A stretch of 64,000 nt of DNA from positions 96,001 to 160,000 of the forward strand of contig CBDATR010000010.1 in NCBI GenBank assembly GCA_965200155.1, written 5' to 3'. The notes below the pieces were generated by a model. That model searched no databases and was not told the origin of the DNA. It saw only the letters and a program-made list of their open reading frames with translations. Position 1 is the first letter of the stretch. Each line of letters opens with the position of its first letter. This document shows, in pieces, positions 41,735-53,047 of this stretch. The position numbers and the translations under genes were made by a program. This DNA is from Nitrosopumilaceae archaeon. Lineage in GTDB: Archaea > Thermoproteota > Nitrososphaeria > Nitrososphaerales > Nitrosopumilaceae.

Positions 41735-42399
41735 AGGATAACATTACAGACTGGGCGCTCAAACAATACCAGAACCGATACCATGATGATACTATCACGA
41801 AGGAGGATATCTTCTACTATACGTATGGGATTCTACACCACCCCGGCTATCGTACCAAGTACCAGGTATTTCTCGTTCGTGGTTTACCAAGCATACCCAT
41901 GGCACCCGATTTCCACTCATTCATGAAAGCAGGTAGACAGCTAGCTGACTTGCATCTCAATTATGAGACCGGCCCCCGTTACAACCTGGGCGAGTCGCTG
42001 GTTACAATACCTGACGCTCCAAAGAAGATAGCCTTTGGTAAGAAACCCAATGACGGTCCCGGACCAAAGGGAATAGTTGATCAATCCAAACTACTACTGG
42101 ATAACGTGTTAGTATACGATAACATACCAACAATCCATTACTCAGTCAATGGTAGAACGCCTGTAGGATGGTTCGTTGATAGATACAAGTATCGTTCCAA
42201 TGCAGAGAGTGGCATCACGAATTATCCACTAGAGGGTGTGAATGGTGACATGGTACGCGCCATAATAGAGCGGTTGGTCTATGTGGGAATAGCGTCAGAC
42301 AGGATCATATACCAACTACCAGAACAGTTCGAAATGGAATCATCATTGCAACCAGAACCAACCGGCCTGGACAAGTACTACAAGGCGCCTATTCCCTAG
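41731..42399 (+). CDS. Type ISP C-terminal domain as separate ORF
   Basis: DNITDWAL, ITKEDIFYYTYGILH, G..LADLHLNYE; ATGA overlap and GGAGGTGA at 41716-41723. Confidence 0.88.
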   Translation: MKDNITDWALKQYQNRYHDDTITKEDIFYYTYGILHHPGYRTKYQVFLVRGLPSIPMAPDFHSFMKAGRQLADLHLNYETGPRYNLGESLVTIPDAPKKIAFGKKPNDGPGPKGIVDQSKLLLDNVLVYDNIPTIHYSVNGRTPVGWFVDRYKYRSNAESGITNYPLEGVNGDMVRAIIERLVYVGIASDRIIYQLPEQFEMESSLQPEPTGLDKYYKAPIP

Positions 42400-42548
42400 A
42401 ATATTTGTCTAGCGTATATGGGGCGCTGTTAAGAAGTATGTACATAGAGAATAGTGTTAACATGAGTTGGAATGATCAGTCTTTTGAAGCGTTCCGTATC
42501 ATAGTAAGGCACTTGTCCTCGAAAATTTAACTCACTAGGTAACCGGCA

Positions 42549-42851
42549 TAAGGAGTCGCGGCATTCTGGGCGCCATAAGGAGCATGGCGGATATGTGATC
42601 AATAGTAACCAGGGCGGGGGCGTCATGACATATGGATATCACCATAAGAGCAGTGGCGTATAGTCAATAGTATAAGCCCAGGGGCGTCATGACATATGGA
42701 TATCACCATAAGAGCAGTGGCGTATAGTCAATAGTATAAGCCCAGGGGCGTCATGACATATGGAGATCATAAGGAGCAGTGGCGTATGTGGAAATATGGG
42801 GGCGCCATAAGGAGCAGTCATATGATCAATAGTATAAGAAGCCCAGGGGCG
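42549..42851. repeat. 64-bp tandem repeat with degenerate flanking units
   Basis: GGGGCGTCATGACATATGGA at 42617, 42681, 42745; CATAAG(G)AGCA recurs. Confidence 0.9.
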
Positions 42852-43476
42852 TGCCGGCAGCTAAATAACAGGTGGTATACGAATGATCATATACAATAGA
42901 ATGCACAAATTAGTTAGCAGAGTAGTAAGAAGGGGGGCGTGTATAGAGGTCCGTATAGGATCAGTGCCCTGAAATTTTTGCCAGCATGGAATTTGAATCA
43001 CATAGCTGATAGTATAGAAAAAAGCCGCCCAAGTTTGTATGGAAAATTTTTCAAAATAAGCACTTAAGTCAATAGAAGTCACAATATAGACAATGAAGCA
43101 GATAAGAGTGTGCCTGGACATACCAGTTTGAAGAATGTGTGTAGTAATAGACGCGGCAAGCACTGGACTGTGAGCATCACCAGGGTTCACTTCTTTTTCA
43201 CTTATCCTATATTACTCCCCATTACCACATCCCCGCCTTGTAAAACTGAATCGCTACCATTTGCCCACAAATATGATTATGAGTGATATCATATGGAACA
43301 GGCGCTATTGGTACACGCACTCCATCATTCTGTGGGGTCTTGCAGTGCCATCTTGTGCCACATTTCGTGTTTTATTGAGTGATTTTTAATTATTTATTAT
43401 AGTATATTATTAATACTATGGATACTAACAATACTATGTAAGTAATTAATAATAACTATATTAGCATATCATTATC

Positions 43477-43887
43477 ATGAAAATAGCCGTTGACACATGC
43501 GTTGTAATAGGCATAATGGAGGGCGCCTCGGTCGTCAGTAAACTGCGAGACAAGCTTAAGGGCAAGCAATACAAGATAGTGCTGTGTCGCCAAGTATTAT
43601 GGGAGCTCAGACGGGTACATAACCTGACAGTTGATGCAATTCTTGGTAACCTGCGCAAGATATTTGGTGAGAGACGCGTCGGCATAATATCGGATCCCAC
43701 AGATCTTGAGGATACCGCCCAAATGCTACGTAACCAGTATCACTATGCACATAATGGTGATCACCGCATTCTAGCCACGTGCCGCATACATGGAATTGGC
43801 CTGATTACGCTTGATCGGGGAATGCTTAAGGTGGCCACCATGGTGGGAATTCCGGCATTTCACCCTAAATATGCAGGTGGGATATAG
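43477..43887 (+). CDS. PIN-domain (VapC-like) protein
   Basis: IAVDTCVVI, LWEL, DHRILA, LITLD. Confidence 0.8.
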   Translation: MKIAVDTCVVIGIMEGASVVSKLRDKLKGKQYKIVLCRQVLWELRRVHNLTVDAILGNLRKIFGERRVGIISDPTDLEDTAQMLRNQYHYAHNGDHRILATCRIHGIGLITLDRGMLKVATMVGIPAFHPKYAGGI

Positions 43888-44168
43888 TGGCTAGGGCGTA
43901 TCCGGTTATAGTACGATTTGACTATGACAGCCCTTGTATAACAAGGAAACGTAGTATCGGACTGGTGGATACCATTCCCTATCCGTTTGTTCATGCTTAC
44001 CGAATTTTGTGTCACGAAAACACGCCTCAATTTGGGGTGACCTAAACAGGTACATCAGGATATATGGTTGGTGTAAAGCTGATCCCTCACTCGACCTAAA
44101 CGGTTACCTATGAATCGTTCAATTACGGGTGCCACCACGTCATTCCGGATATGAGAATGACTGCACCT

Positions 44169-45459
44169 TCATGTCATGAGGTATTTTAGAATATGATTCT
44201 GTATACTATTCCAGTCCCAGAGTACCACGTTAATGTTTGACTGTCTAGCTATCTCCGCTGCCTGGTTGGTGAACCCGCCGGGGCATATTATAATGACAAC
44301 GTTCCCGCCGGATGTGGTCGCAGCACCTAGTGTCTTGTTAACATCCGGCCCGCCACATTGACTCCTCCAGTGTTTGTATTGGATGATTGCCCGCGTTTTT
44401 GTGCCGTTGTCATAGTGTTGTTCAGCTATTATATCAATGCCCTTGTCGGCGCGTGTGTCCCCCAGCATCTTGCCTATTCTCGCATCATATCCCTTTATGA
44501 TAATCCAACCCATCGCCGCCAATATATTAGAACAGACGGCCTCAAAGGCGAACCCGTCGAAGCGGCGCAACCCGGAAACCAAATCATGATTGGTGACTCT
44601 CAAATCAACACCATCTAATATACCACGATTATAGAGATTCACTCGTGTCCCGGGTCTGGCATCAGTTTTCTGTGGTGGTGGCAGTAATTCCTCCAGTTTA
44701 CCATACTTGAGCTTGGTGTCACACGTGATTTCAATGGATAACTTCCCTAGTGCGGAATTATACCATGTTATTGTAGAACCGCGACTCATGAATTTGGTTT
44801 TAGCGTATGCGCCCTCCATGGCAAGGACCACCCTACCATTATTATCAACCAGGTATGGTATATCCGATATCACTAAACGGCGATTCTCGTTCAAGACTAG
44901 TGTCTTGCCTTCCGGAATTGGAGTGGTACGGTTAACAGGGCCACCACCCTCCAGGGTTACACGATATTGGCCTGTCTTGTCTTTTATGGAAATGGTCTTG
45001 CCTGCAACACCGTGCCGCATTACTAGAATATCATAGGAGCCCTTGCGGAATGCCGCCCACGAGAAGGGCGGGCTTATCATGCATGGCGTCACGATGCCTT
45101 GGTCCTGCAAATTATACATCCACGCGGGCACACGAGAAGGGCGGGCTTATCATGCATGGCGTCACGCCTAGAAGTTTGTCACCATAGCATATCGCGCATT
45201 CATCAGTCCCATAAACGTACCAGACGGGCTTGGATTTTTGATAATTGATAGCCCTCTCCCACGCTTTTGTATCCACGCCTCTCAGTCTGATGGTCTTACC
45301 GTGGTGTTTTATAGTTAATCCCAACATACCATTCTTGCACTGGGCTTGGTCGAATGGTATGTCATAGACCGTATGACTATTCTTGTCCATGATGTGAATA
45401 CATGCACTAATATCAATAAGGTGATCTCCTATCCTGCCGGTCGTCACATCATCATTCAC
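44169..45459 (-). pseudogene. Mrr-like restriction endonuclease domain protein, frameshifted by 73-bp insertion
   Basis: C-terminal FEAVC..DKGIDIIA..IIQYKHW; removing 73 bp fuses both ORFs into 405 aa. Confidence 0.8.
45058..45166. repeat. Perfect 36-bp duplication flanking 37-bp insert
   Basis: 45058-45093 = 45131-45166. Confidence 0.95.
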
Positions 45460-45470
45460 ATTGCATCACT

Positions 45471-45692
45471 TTATCGGCATAACCGCCTCATCCCTAGATT
45501 AAAGTCGCTCGTTTTAGAATCATGGTATAACTCACCATACTTGAAGGAGGGCTGTTCCATAATATGTTTCTCGTCAGGTCCAAAACCATGATGTGGCCAG
45601 TTCAACTTGTAGCCATTCTTGCATGATTTATCAGTAATAATGCCATATACGAGCCTCTCCGCATGTGAGGCACCATCAAGTAACGGTTTCAT
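45471..45692 (-). CDS. Hypothetical protein
   Basis: 73-aa ORF directly upstream of the Mrr-like gene. Confidence 0.35.
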   Translation of the reverse strand: MKPLLDGASHAERLVYGIITDKSCKNGYKLNWPHHGFGPDEKHIMEQPSFKYGELYHDSKTSDFNLGMRRLCR

Positions 45693-45738
45693 GGGAACAA
45701 AAAAAGTACCGGTGGTATAAAAGCAGTAACGGTTTTGA

Positions 45739-46664
45739 AGTTTGTTGCATAACTGACTTTGACAGAATACAGGTTCCCCATGTCGTAATCTACGTTGCTG
45801 CCGCGTCCACCAACTAGTTGTACTCGTATGTTATCCCATCTCCTCACCATTAATCCGTGTCCGAATAATCGTTTGGACGGGAACCGGCTCTATGATTATC
45901 TCGATTATCCATCGCCTGTTGTATCCTTTTACCGCCTTCCAGTACTGCTTGTTTTCGGTCTTTTCCTCATCAGAAAGGCAGAAAATGGGCGATTCCGGGC
46001 TTCCTCCAAGACTGCGAGTCCCCATGAGTCGTATGAGTTCACGTCTTCCGGAATCTTGTGCACAAATCACATTAACTGTCGCGATCAGTTGTGCGTAAAT
46101 TTAGACACAGGCGAACTCATACAATGCATATGCACTCCCAGTCCTCGAGCACAGGAATCCGCGCCTCTTTTTACATTTGGCCCTAATCCACTCACCACGA
46201 TTCAAGGCCGGTCGAGTACACAATCATTGGCCCTCGTCAGCTTTTTGTCTGTGCCGATAATCATACCATTCCTCTTCTATGTCAAGATCTTTTCCGCGTC
46301 TGTATGTTGTGGAGTAGCGGGGTTTGGTGTCCTTCCAGTAGTCCTGCAAGGAATCCGGATACCTGCCTGTATCTCATACCTAATGTCGTTCTCAGTGACA
46401 TGTAACATGTCCACGGCATACTGGTAGGGAGCACCCTCCTTGTTATGGTTAGCCTTTTCAATTCTACGCATGATTAAAGCCAAATAGCCTTCCGCTGGAC
46501 GTACTTGGCATTGTCGGTGAATACCATCAAGTTTGTTTAAAAAATTCTCAGTTATTAATGCTTGGATCTAATGGGCACCAACATACGGTTGTGTGGTGGA
46601 AATACACAAATTTTTCCCACAATACGATTTCCATATATAACTTGATTAAGTTATGCAACAAATT
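45739..46664 (-). mobile_element. IS903-like copy with internal deletion at MITE-A
   Basis: Both TIRs present; reverse complement of 384-1552 lacking the middle. Confidence 0.82.
46031..46122. mobile_element. MITE-A (no TSD, adjacent deletion)
   Basis: Full TIRs. Confidence 0.93.
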
Positions 46665-46801
46665 CGGGCGACCTAAACGATCACACAACCATGCTATTGA
46701 AGCGGGTCTCACACGTATGACTCGCGCACAAAATTAAGTATTTCTGAAATCATAAATCTGGTAATGTTAAAAAAGGGGGTTCAAGACAGTCACACTGTAA
46801 A

Positions 46802-48418
46802 ATGGCATCAATACAACAGACACCGCAGGGACCTGTTCTCGTATTAAAGGAGAGCGCCCTGCAGCAGAAAGGTAAAGACGCACAACAAAACAACATAGCC
46901 GCAGCAAAACTGGTGGCTGAACTAGTTCGTACCAGCCTAGGTCCCAGAGGCCTAGACAAGATGCTGGTAGACTCACTGGGTGATGTTACCATCACCAATG
47001 ACGGTGCAACCATACTCAAGGAGATAGACATACAACATCCGGCAGCGAAGATGATGGTGGAGGTATCCAAGACACTGGACAACGAGGTGGGCGATGGAAC
47101 CACCAGCTCAGTAGTCTTTACTGGATCGCTACTCACCAAAGCCGAGGAGCTGCTCAAAAAAAGTTTACACTCATCTGTCATAATAGAAGGGTATCAGTCC
47201 GCAGCGGATAAGGTACTTGAAATTTATGCACAGATAGCCAAGGTCATAAAGGCAGAAGACACCGCAAGCCTCCTCAAAGTGGCCAAAACCAGTATGCAGT
47301 CCAAACTAATATCCGATGATAGCGATACGCTGGCGGCCATGGTGGTAGATGCAGTCCAAAAGGTAGCTACTCAGGGTGACCAAAGCTTTGTGGTGGACTT
47401 GGACAACATAAAGGTGGAGAAGAAGGCTGGCGGTTCTATCCAGGACTCTAAACTGGTAGGCGGCATAGTGCTGGACAAGGAGATTGTACACAGCGGAATG
47501 CCTACCAAAGTCTCCGAAGCTCGTATTGTCCTACTAAACGCACCACTGGAGATTGAAAAGACAGAGATGAGCTCCGAGATTCGTATCACGGATCCCAGCC
47601 AGATGCAGATGTATCTGGAGGAGGAGAACCGCATACTAAAGGATATGGTTACCAAGATACATGAGGCTGGCACCAACGTACTCATTTGCCAAAAGGGAAT
47701 CGACGACATAGCGCAGCATTATCTTGCAAAGAAAGGCATACTCAGCGTAAGACGGGTCAAGGAGAGTGATATGACTAAACTGGCCAAAGCCACTGGTGGA
47801 CGCGTTATATCTAACGTGGACGATCTCTCCGCGGATGACTTGGGCCAGGCTAGCGCTGCATACCAAGAGAAGGTAGAGGCAGACAAGTGGGTCTTTATTG
47901 AGGGCTGTAGTAACCCCCTCTCCGTGACGCTGCTTTTGCGAGGTGGGACCCAGAGAGTAGTGGACGAGGCAGACAGATCCATACACGACGCCCTAATGGT
48001 CGTAAAAGACGTGATGGAAAAGCCTGCCATTGTGGCTGGTGGCGGTGCTCCCGAGGCATATGTGTCTACCAAACTTAAGGATTGGGCAGACAGCTTTGAT
48101 GGACGCGAACAGCTAGCCATTAAAAAGTACGCCGAAGCACTGGAGATAATACCTCTTACCATAGCAGAGAACGCCGGAATGAACCCCATCGACACTATTG
48201 CAAACCTGAGAGCTCAGCATAGCCAGGGACTCAAATGGACTGGCATAGACGCCAAGACCGGTAGAGTGGGCAATATGATGGATATGGACATTATAGAGCC
48301 GGTGGCCGTAAAAGAGCAGATAGTAAAATCTGCCACCGAGACTGCGTGCATGGTGTTAAGGATAGACGACGTTATCGCCGTATCCGGAGCTCCCGGTGGC
48401 GACGGACCTATGGGTTGA
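46802..48418 (+). CDS. ths: Thermosome (group II chaperonin) subunit
   Basis: LGPRGLDKM, TNDGATIL, GDGTT, LRIDD. Confidence 0.96.
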   Translation: MASIQQTPQGPVLVLKESALQQKGKDAQQNNIAAAKLVAELVRTSLGPRGLDKMLVDSLGDVTITNDGATILKEIDIQHPAAKMMVEVSKTLDNEVGDGTTSSVVFTGSLLTKAEELLKKSLHSSVIIEGYQSAADKVLEIYAQIAKVIKAEDTASLLKVAKTSMQSKLISDDSDTLAAMVVDAVQKVATQGDQSFVVDLDNIKVEKKAGGSIQDSKLVGGIVLDKEIVHSGMPTKVSEARIVLLNAPLEIEKTEMSSEIRITDPSQMQMYLEEENRILKDMVTKIHEAGTNVLICQKGIDDIAQHYLAKKGILSVRRVKESDMTKLAKATGGRVISNVDDLSADDLGQASAAYQEKVEADKWVFIEGCSNPLSVTLLLRGGTQRVVDEADRSIHDALMVVKDVMEKPAIVAGGGAPEAYVSTKLKDWADSFDGREQLAIKKYAEALEIIPLTIAENAGMNPIDTIANLRAQHSQGLKWTGIDAKTGRVGNMMDMDIIEPVAVKEQIVKSATETACMVLRIDDVIAVSGAPGGDGPMG

Positions 48419-48444
48419 GGAATTCCAGATTTTTTTAGGTTTTT

Positions 48445-49287
48445 TTGTATTATGTGGGAATTGACCTTGGGGGAACCAAGGTCGAGGGTATCCTATTAAA
48501 CGAAGGCTATGCCATACTGAAGAGATGTCGTATTCCCACACCGTCTTCGTATAATGACATACTGGGCGCAATCAGTCATTTAGTGGAGAAGATGGATCCC
48601 CCGGAACCGTACTCGGTTGGTGTGGGAGCGCCTGGAACTAGCCAGAACGGACTTATCAGGAACAGCAATACACAATGTCTCATGGGCCGTCCCCTGCATG
48701 CGGATATGGAACAAGTGCTAGGCCGCTCTGTTCATATGGGAAATGATGCAGACTGTTTTGTTGCTGCTGAGTCAAATTTAGGGGCCGGATCCGGGTACGG
48801 CGTAGTCTTTGGTGTAATAATGGGTACCGGTGTAGGTGGCGGTGTAGCTATTCATGGTGAGGTATGACCTGGCAGGATGGGCGCAGCAGGTGAGTGGGGC
48901 CACTCTACACTATATCGGGACGGAAATCCATGCTGGTGTGGTAGGCGCGGTTGTGTGGAGACTTATCTTAGCGGACCTGCCCTGACACGCCGGTGGTGTG
49001 ACATGGGAGGTTCTCCCATGACCATTCCTGATATCCTGTCTGCCAAACCGCAGGGATTTTTGAAATGGCGTGATAGTCTGGTACGGGACTTTGGACTTGC
49101 ACTATCTGATGTAATACAGGTGCTGGATCCTGACGTCGTGGTTTTAGGCGGCGGTCTCTCCAACATACCATTCCTGTATGATATGGGTGCTGCGGCAGTC
49201 CATGACAATACTCTAAGCGCGGGAACTCCCATACTTCATAATGCATTGGGTGACTCGGCCGGTGTCATAGGCGCCGCACTGCTGTAA
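48445..49287 (+). pseudogene. ROK family sugar kinase with in-frame TGA at 48865
   Basis: GIDLGGTK, NDADC, GTGVGGG | GEWGH, CWCGRRGCVE; both halves in the same frame. Confidence 0.85.
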
Positions 49288-49318
49288 CATTTGGGAATAA
49301 GTGTCATCGCGTACGATA

Positions 49319-49324
49319 TTTAAA
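49319..49324 (+). promoter_or_regulatory. Putative TATA box of sdh operon
   Basis: TTTAAA about 23 nt before the ATG at 49347. Confidence 0.45.
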
Positions 49325-49346
49325 CGCCATATTCGGTGAATTTATC

Positions 49347-51050
49347 ATGACATTACAGTACGACGTTATCATATGCGGTTCCGGTTTGGCAGGACTTCGC
49401 GCGGCCATAGAGGCTGCCTCATCTCCAAAGATACGGGTGGCCGTGGTATCCAAACTGCAGGTGATGCGTTCGCATTCGGTCTCTGCTGAGGGGGGCACCG
49501 CAGCTGTAATATTTCCGGACGAGGGCGATACCATAGAGTCTCACATATATGATACTGTGAAAGGTAGCGACTTTCTGGCAGATCAGGATGTCGCCGAGCG
49601 ATTGTGCAACGAGATGCCCTCCGAGATATACAAACTGGATCACTGGGGCATGCCATGGTCTCGGAGAGAGGATGGGCGTATAGATCAGCGAGCCTTTGGG
49701 GGATACAGTTTTCCAAGGGCCACTTATGCATCAGACAAGGTTGGCTTCTTTGAGATGCAGACATTGTATGATACGTGCCAGCGGTTTGACAATATAGAAT
49801 ACCTGAATGAGTGGTTTGCTACCGCCATAATACATGACGGGAACCGCTTCCGTGGGATAACTGCAATAGAAATAGGATCCGGTGAGTTCAACGTTATACA
49901 GGGTAGCGCCCTGATAATGGCCACGGGAGGTGCGGGACGAATGTACAGCTTCTCCACCTATGCATTATCTTCCACTCCGGATGGCCTGGACATGGCGTAC
50001 CGTGCGGGTATGGCGTTAAAGGACATGGAGTTTGTCCAGTTTCATCCTACCGGAATACTTCCATCGGGAATCCTGATAACTGAGGGTGCCCGGGGAGAGG
50101 GTGGGCATCTGTTGAACAGCAAGGGTGATAGATTCATGAAGACTTATGCCCCCAAAAAGATGGAGCTGGCCCCCCGTGATATTGTATCGCGCTCAATGAT
50201 GACCGAGATTAACCAGGGGCGGGGATTTGTGAACGAGACCGGGGTCGCCTGTATGAAACTGGACTTGCGCCACATTGGTGATGAGCGCATAAAAGAGAAG
50301 TTGGGCGGTATTCGAGAGATATCCATAAAATTCTCCGGAGTAGACCCGGCGCAAGAGGTACTAGATGTGCGTCCTGTCTGTCACTATATGATGGGTGGGA
50401 TACACACCAATATTGACGGAGCCACGGAGATGGCCGGAGTCTGGGCTGCCGGTGAGGTTGCGTGCAACTCCACTCACGGTTCCAACCGTTTGGGCGCCAA
50501 TTCCACTTCCGAGTGCATAGTCTGGGGCAAGATAACCGGAAAACTGGCCGCGGAGTATGTCCAGAAGGGGGTTCCCAGCGAACCATTTCCCCATAACTTG
50601 GTAAAACTCGAAGAGAAGCGAATATACGATGGCATATTTCGCGGGCGGGGTGATGCAAACCCCTATGAGGCCAGACAAATAATAGCCGATACAATGAACG
50701 ATCATGCATACGTATACAGGAACCATGAGGAACTGGCCGCGGGCTTAAAAAAGATCAGGGATTTATACAAAACCACCTGGAAGCATGTGGATGACTCCGC
50801 CAAGGAGTATAACACCAACTTTACCAACGTTATGGAGTTGGATTCCATGTTCCGCGCCGCGGAGACCATACTGGTGGGGGCGATAAACCGCAAGGAGTCC
50901 CGTGGGGCGCATGCCAGGGTGGATTATCCAAAGCGGGATGATGATAACTTTTTACATCACACCCTTGCTTACTGGGGACCTGGTGAGCCGATAATGAAGA
51001 AACACCCGGTGACAATAACAAAATACACGCCTGTGGAGAGAAAGTATTAG
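49347..51050 (+). CDS. sdhA: Succinate dehydrogenase flavoprotein
   Basis: RSHSVSAEGG, QFHPTG, HYMMGG, HGSNRLG. Confidence 0.95.
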   Translation: MTLQYDVIICGSGLAGLRAAIEAASSPKIRVAVVSKLQVMRSHSVSAEGGTAAVIFPDEGDTIESHIYDTVKGSDFLADQDVAERLCNEMPSEIYKLDHWGMPWSRREDGRIDQRAFGGYSFPRATYASDKVGFFEMQTLYDTCQRFDNIEYLNEWFATAIIHDGNRFRGITAIEIGSGEFNVIQGSALIMATGGAGRMYSFSTYALSSTPDGLDMAYRAGMALKDMEFVQFHPTGILPSGILITEGARGEGGHLLNSKGDRFMKTYAPKKMELAPRDIVSRSMMTEINQGRGFVNETGVACMKLDLRHIGDERIKEKLGGIREISIKFSGVDPAQEVLDVRPVCHYMMGGIHTNIDGATEMAGVWAAGEVACNSTHGSNRLGANSTSECIVWGKITGKLAAEYVQKGVPSEPFPHNLVKLEEKRIYDGIFRGRGDANPYEARQIIADTMNDHAYVYRNHEELAAGLKKIRDLYKTTWKHVDDSAKEYNTNFTNVMELDSMFRAAETILVGAINRKESRGAHARVDYPKRDDDNFLHHTLAYWGPGEPIMKKHPVTITKYTPVERKY

Positions 51051-51052
51051 AC

Positions 51053-51484
51053 ATGACCAGCAAAGACAACCGGGAAGGGCTAGGAGGTATGGCAAATCCT
51101 GGGCGATACGGCCTGGAGAGGGTGGCATACTGGCTCATGCGATTGAGCGGGCTGGGACTGCTGGCATACTTTGTGGGTCACATATACGAGACTAGCAGCA
51201 TACTCCGGGGTGAGGCCGGTTGGGCGGAGCTTATGGAGCTCACCAGTACACCCGAGTTGCATGTAATGTTGGTAATAGTGATAGGAATGTGCGTATTCCA
51301 CACTGTTAATGGCATTCGTGTAATGTTGGGGCATGGCGGTGTCGGTGTTGGAAAACCATCGCGTCCTGACTACCCTTATACTCCCGCGTCCCAGAACACC
51401 CGTCACAAAATTGCAATATGCTCCGCCATAGTGCTAGCTGCCATAGCCATGCTGTACGGGTCTACAGTACTGTTTGGTGTGTAA
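51053..51484 (+). CDS. sdhC: Succinate dehydrogenase cytochrome b subunit
   Basis: MRLSG, FHTVNGIR, three TM; operon position. Confidence 0.85.
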   Translation: MTSKDNREGLGGMANPGRYGLERVAYWLMRLSGLGLLAYFVGHIYETSSILRGEAGWAELMELTSTPELHVMLVIVIGMCVFHTVNGIRVMLGHGGVGVGKPSRPDYPYTPASQNTRHKIAICSAIVLAAIAMLYGSTVLFGV

Positions 51485-51485
51485 C

Positions 51486-51830
51486 ATGAGAGAGAGCCAC
51501 ATAATGAAGATACACTACGGCACGGCCATTGCCGCGGTGGGCTTGGTGGCTGTTCACGTACTTATGCGATTGGCAGACGGCTACGAACAATCGCTGGAGT
51601 ACGCTCATGTGGTGGCCAACTACCAATTCATTCCCTATGCGGGATTGCTGGAGATAATCCTGATACTTCTCTCGATTCATGGTTTCAACGGACTGCGTGT
51701 GATATTGCTGGAATTAAAGCAGGGTCGCACTTATGAAAAGGCAGTGTCCTATGGCTGCCTTGCTGGCATGATAGGTTTAATTGCATACGGATCTCGTACC
51801 ATCATAATGGTAAGCACGGGGATGGTCTGA
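51486..51830 (+). CDS. sdhD: Succinate dehydrogenase membrane anchor
   Basis: HGFNGLRVILLE, three TM; operon position. Confidence 0.8.
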   Translation: MRESHIMKIHYGTAIAAVGLVAVHVLMRLADGYEQSLEYAHVVANYQFIPYAGLLEIILILLSIHGFNGLRVILLELKQGRTYEKAVSYGCLAGMIGLIAYGSRTIIMVSTGMV

Positions 51831-52520
51831 GTGGACCAGACCGTGACACTGCGCGTGAAGCGCTCAGACAAGAACGAGTTTGACGAGTTCACCATTCCGG
51901 TACAAAAATGGACTACTGTCCTGGAGTGTATCCTGTATGCAAAACAGAGCATGGATCACTCCATTGCGGTTCGATATTCGTGCAGGCAGGCTACCTGTGG
52001 CAGCTGTGGCATGCGCATAAATGGCAAGCCTGCATTGGCGTGCTTTACCAAGGTCTCGGAGCTTAACTCAGATACAATAACGGTGGAGCCCATGAGCAAC
52101 TTTCCCATTATACGGGATCTGGCTGTAAAGTTTGAGAGACTCTTTGAGAATCATCGCCGTGTACAGCCATATCTGGAGAGTAACTTGCCGGATACGGGCA
52201 GGGAGCATTTACAAAACCCGGAAGAGCTTGAGAAATTCATACAGTTTGCGAATTGTATAAAATGCGGACTGTGCAACTCTGCCTGCCCTACTATGGCTAC
52301 CGACACTGAGTTTATTGGCCCGCAGGCATTGGCCCAAGCATACAGGTACGTGGCCGATAGCAGGGATAGTAGCAAGGACAAGCGGTTGCGCATAATTGAT
52401 GACTCTCATGGAATATGGCGCTGTCATTTTGCGGGATCCTGTAGCCAGGTCTGTCCCAAGGGTGTGGATCCCGCCATGGGGATACAGTTGTTACGGGGAT
52501 ACATGCTGGGATTCCGTTAG
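51831..52520 (+). CDS. sdhB: Succinate dehydrogenase iron-sulfur subunit
   Basis: SCRQATCGSC, CIKCGLCNSACP, CHFAGSCSQVCP. Confidence 0.95.
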   Translation: MDQTVTLRVKRSDKNEFDEFTIPVQKWTTVLECILYAKQSMDHSIAVRYSCRQATCGSCGMRINGKPALACFTKVSELNSDTITVEPMSNFPIIRDLAVKFERLFENHRRVQPYLESNLPDTGREHLQNPEELEKFIQFANCIKCGLCNSACPTMATDTEFIGPQALAQAYRYVADSRDSSKDKRLRIIDDSHGIWRCHFAGSCSQVCPKGVDPAMGIQLLRGYMLGFR

Positions 52521-52597
52521 TTACTGATAGTATTAATTCAGGTCTTTCCCAATCACGCACTTGATGTGATATGTCGTGCAAATGAAAACTAGTACGA

Positions 52598-52915
52598 TTA
52601 GGCTTTTGGCTTTGGGCTACTGTTTACCTGGTTGTTTATCTGCTCTGCCATAAAGTGGTTGGAGACGTTAACTGTTACATCATCAATCCCGTCCACTTTT
52701 AGCAGATTGTCGTGTATGTCCTGACATATCTTGAACCCGAATACGGCGGGGCAGAAAGGACTGGTAAGATGTAAGTCAACCCTGACCTTGGCATCTTCTA
52801 TGTCTACCTCGTCTATAAGTTCCAGTTCGGTAATTGATGTGTCTATTTCGGGATCCTTTATCTTTGAGAGCTCATCAAATATGTTGACTCTGAGCTTCTT
52901 GATATCCTGAGACAT
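52598..52915 (-). CDS. Fe-S cluster assembly protein (DUF59/MIP18)
   Basis: KDPEI, LTSPFCP. Confidence 0.85.
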   Translation of the reverse strand: MSQDIKKLRVNIFDELSKIKDPEIDTSITELELIDEVDIEDAKVRVDLHLTSPFCPAVFGFKICQDIHDNLLKVDGIDDVTVNVSNHFMAEQINNQVNSSPKPKA

Positions 52916-53047
52916 ACTGTGTATGATGATGACTGCATTATATAATTATGTCATGCGACACTCAGTCGCGGTTTTAACCCGTTTACAGTACCAATAATCG
53001 CGGTTCCTGCAACTATATGATTTGCTCTGATACGGGCTTGGTGTAAT

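Noticed and set aside
42617-42764. Possible CRISPR array
   Set aside because: Units are contiguous with no unique spacers.
48865-48867. TGA read-through (Sec) in the ROK gene
   Set aside because: Not a Cys-equivalent position and no supporting signal; simple nonsense mutation or sequencing error is more likely.
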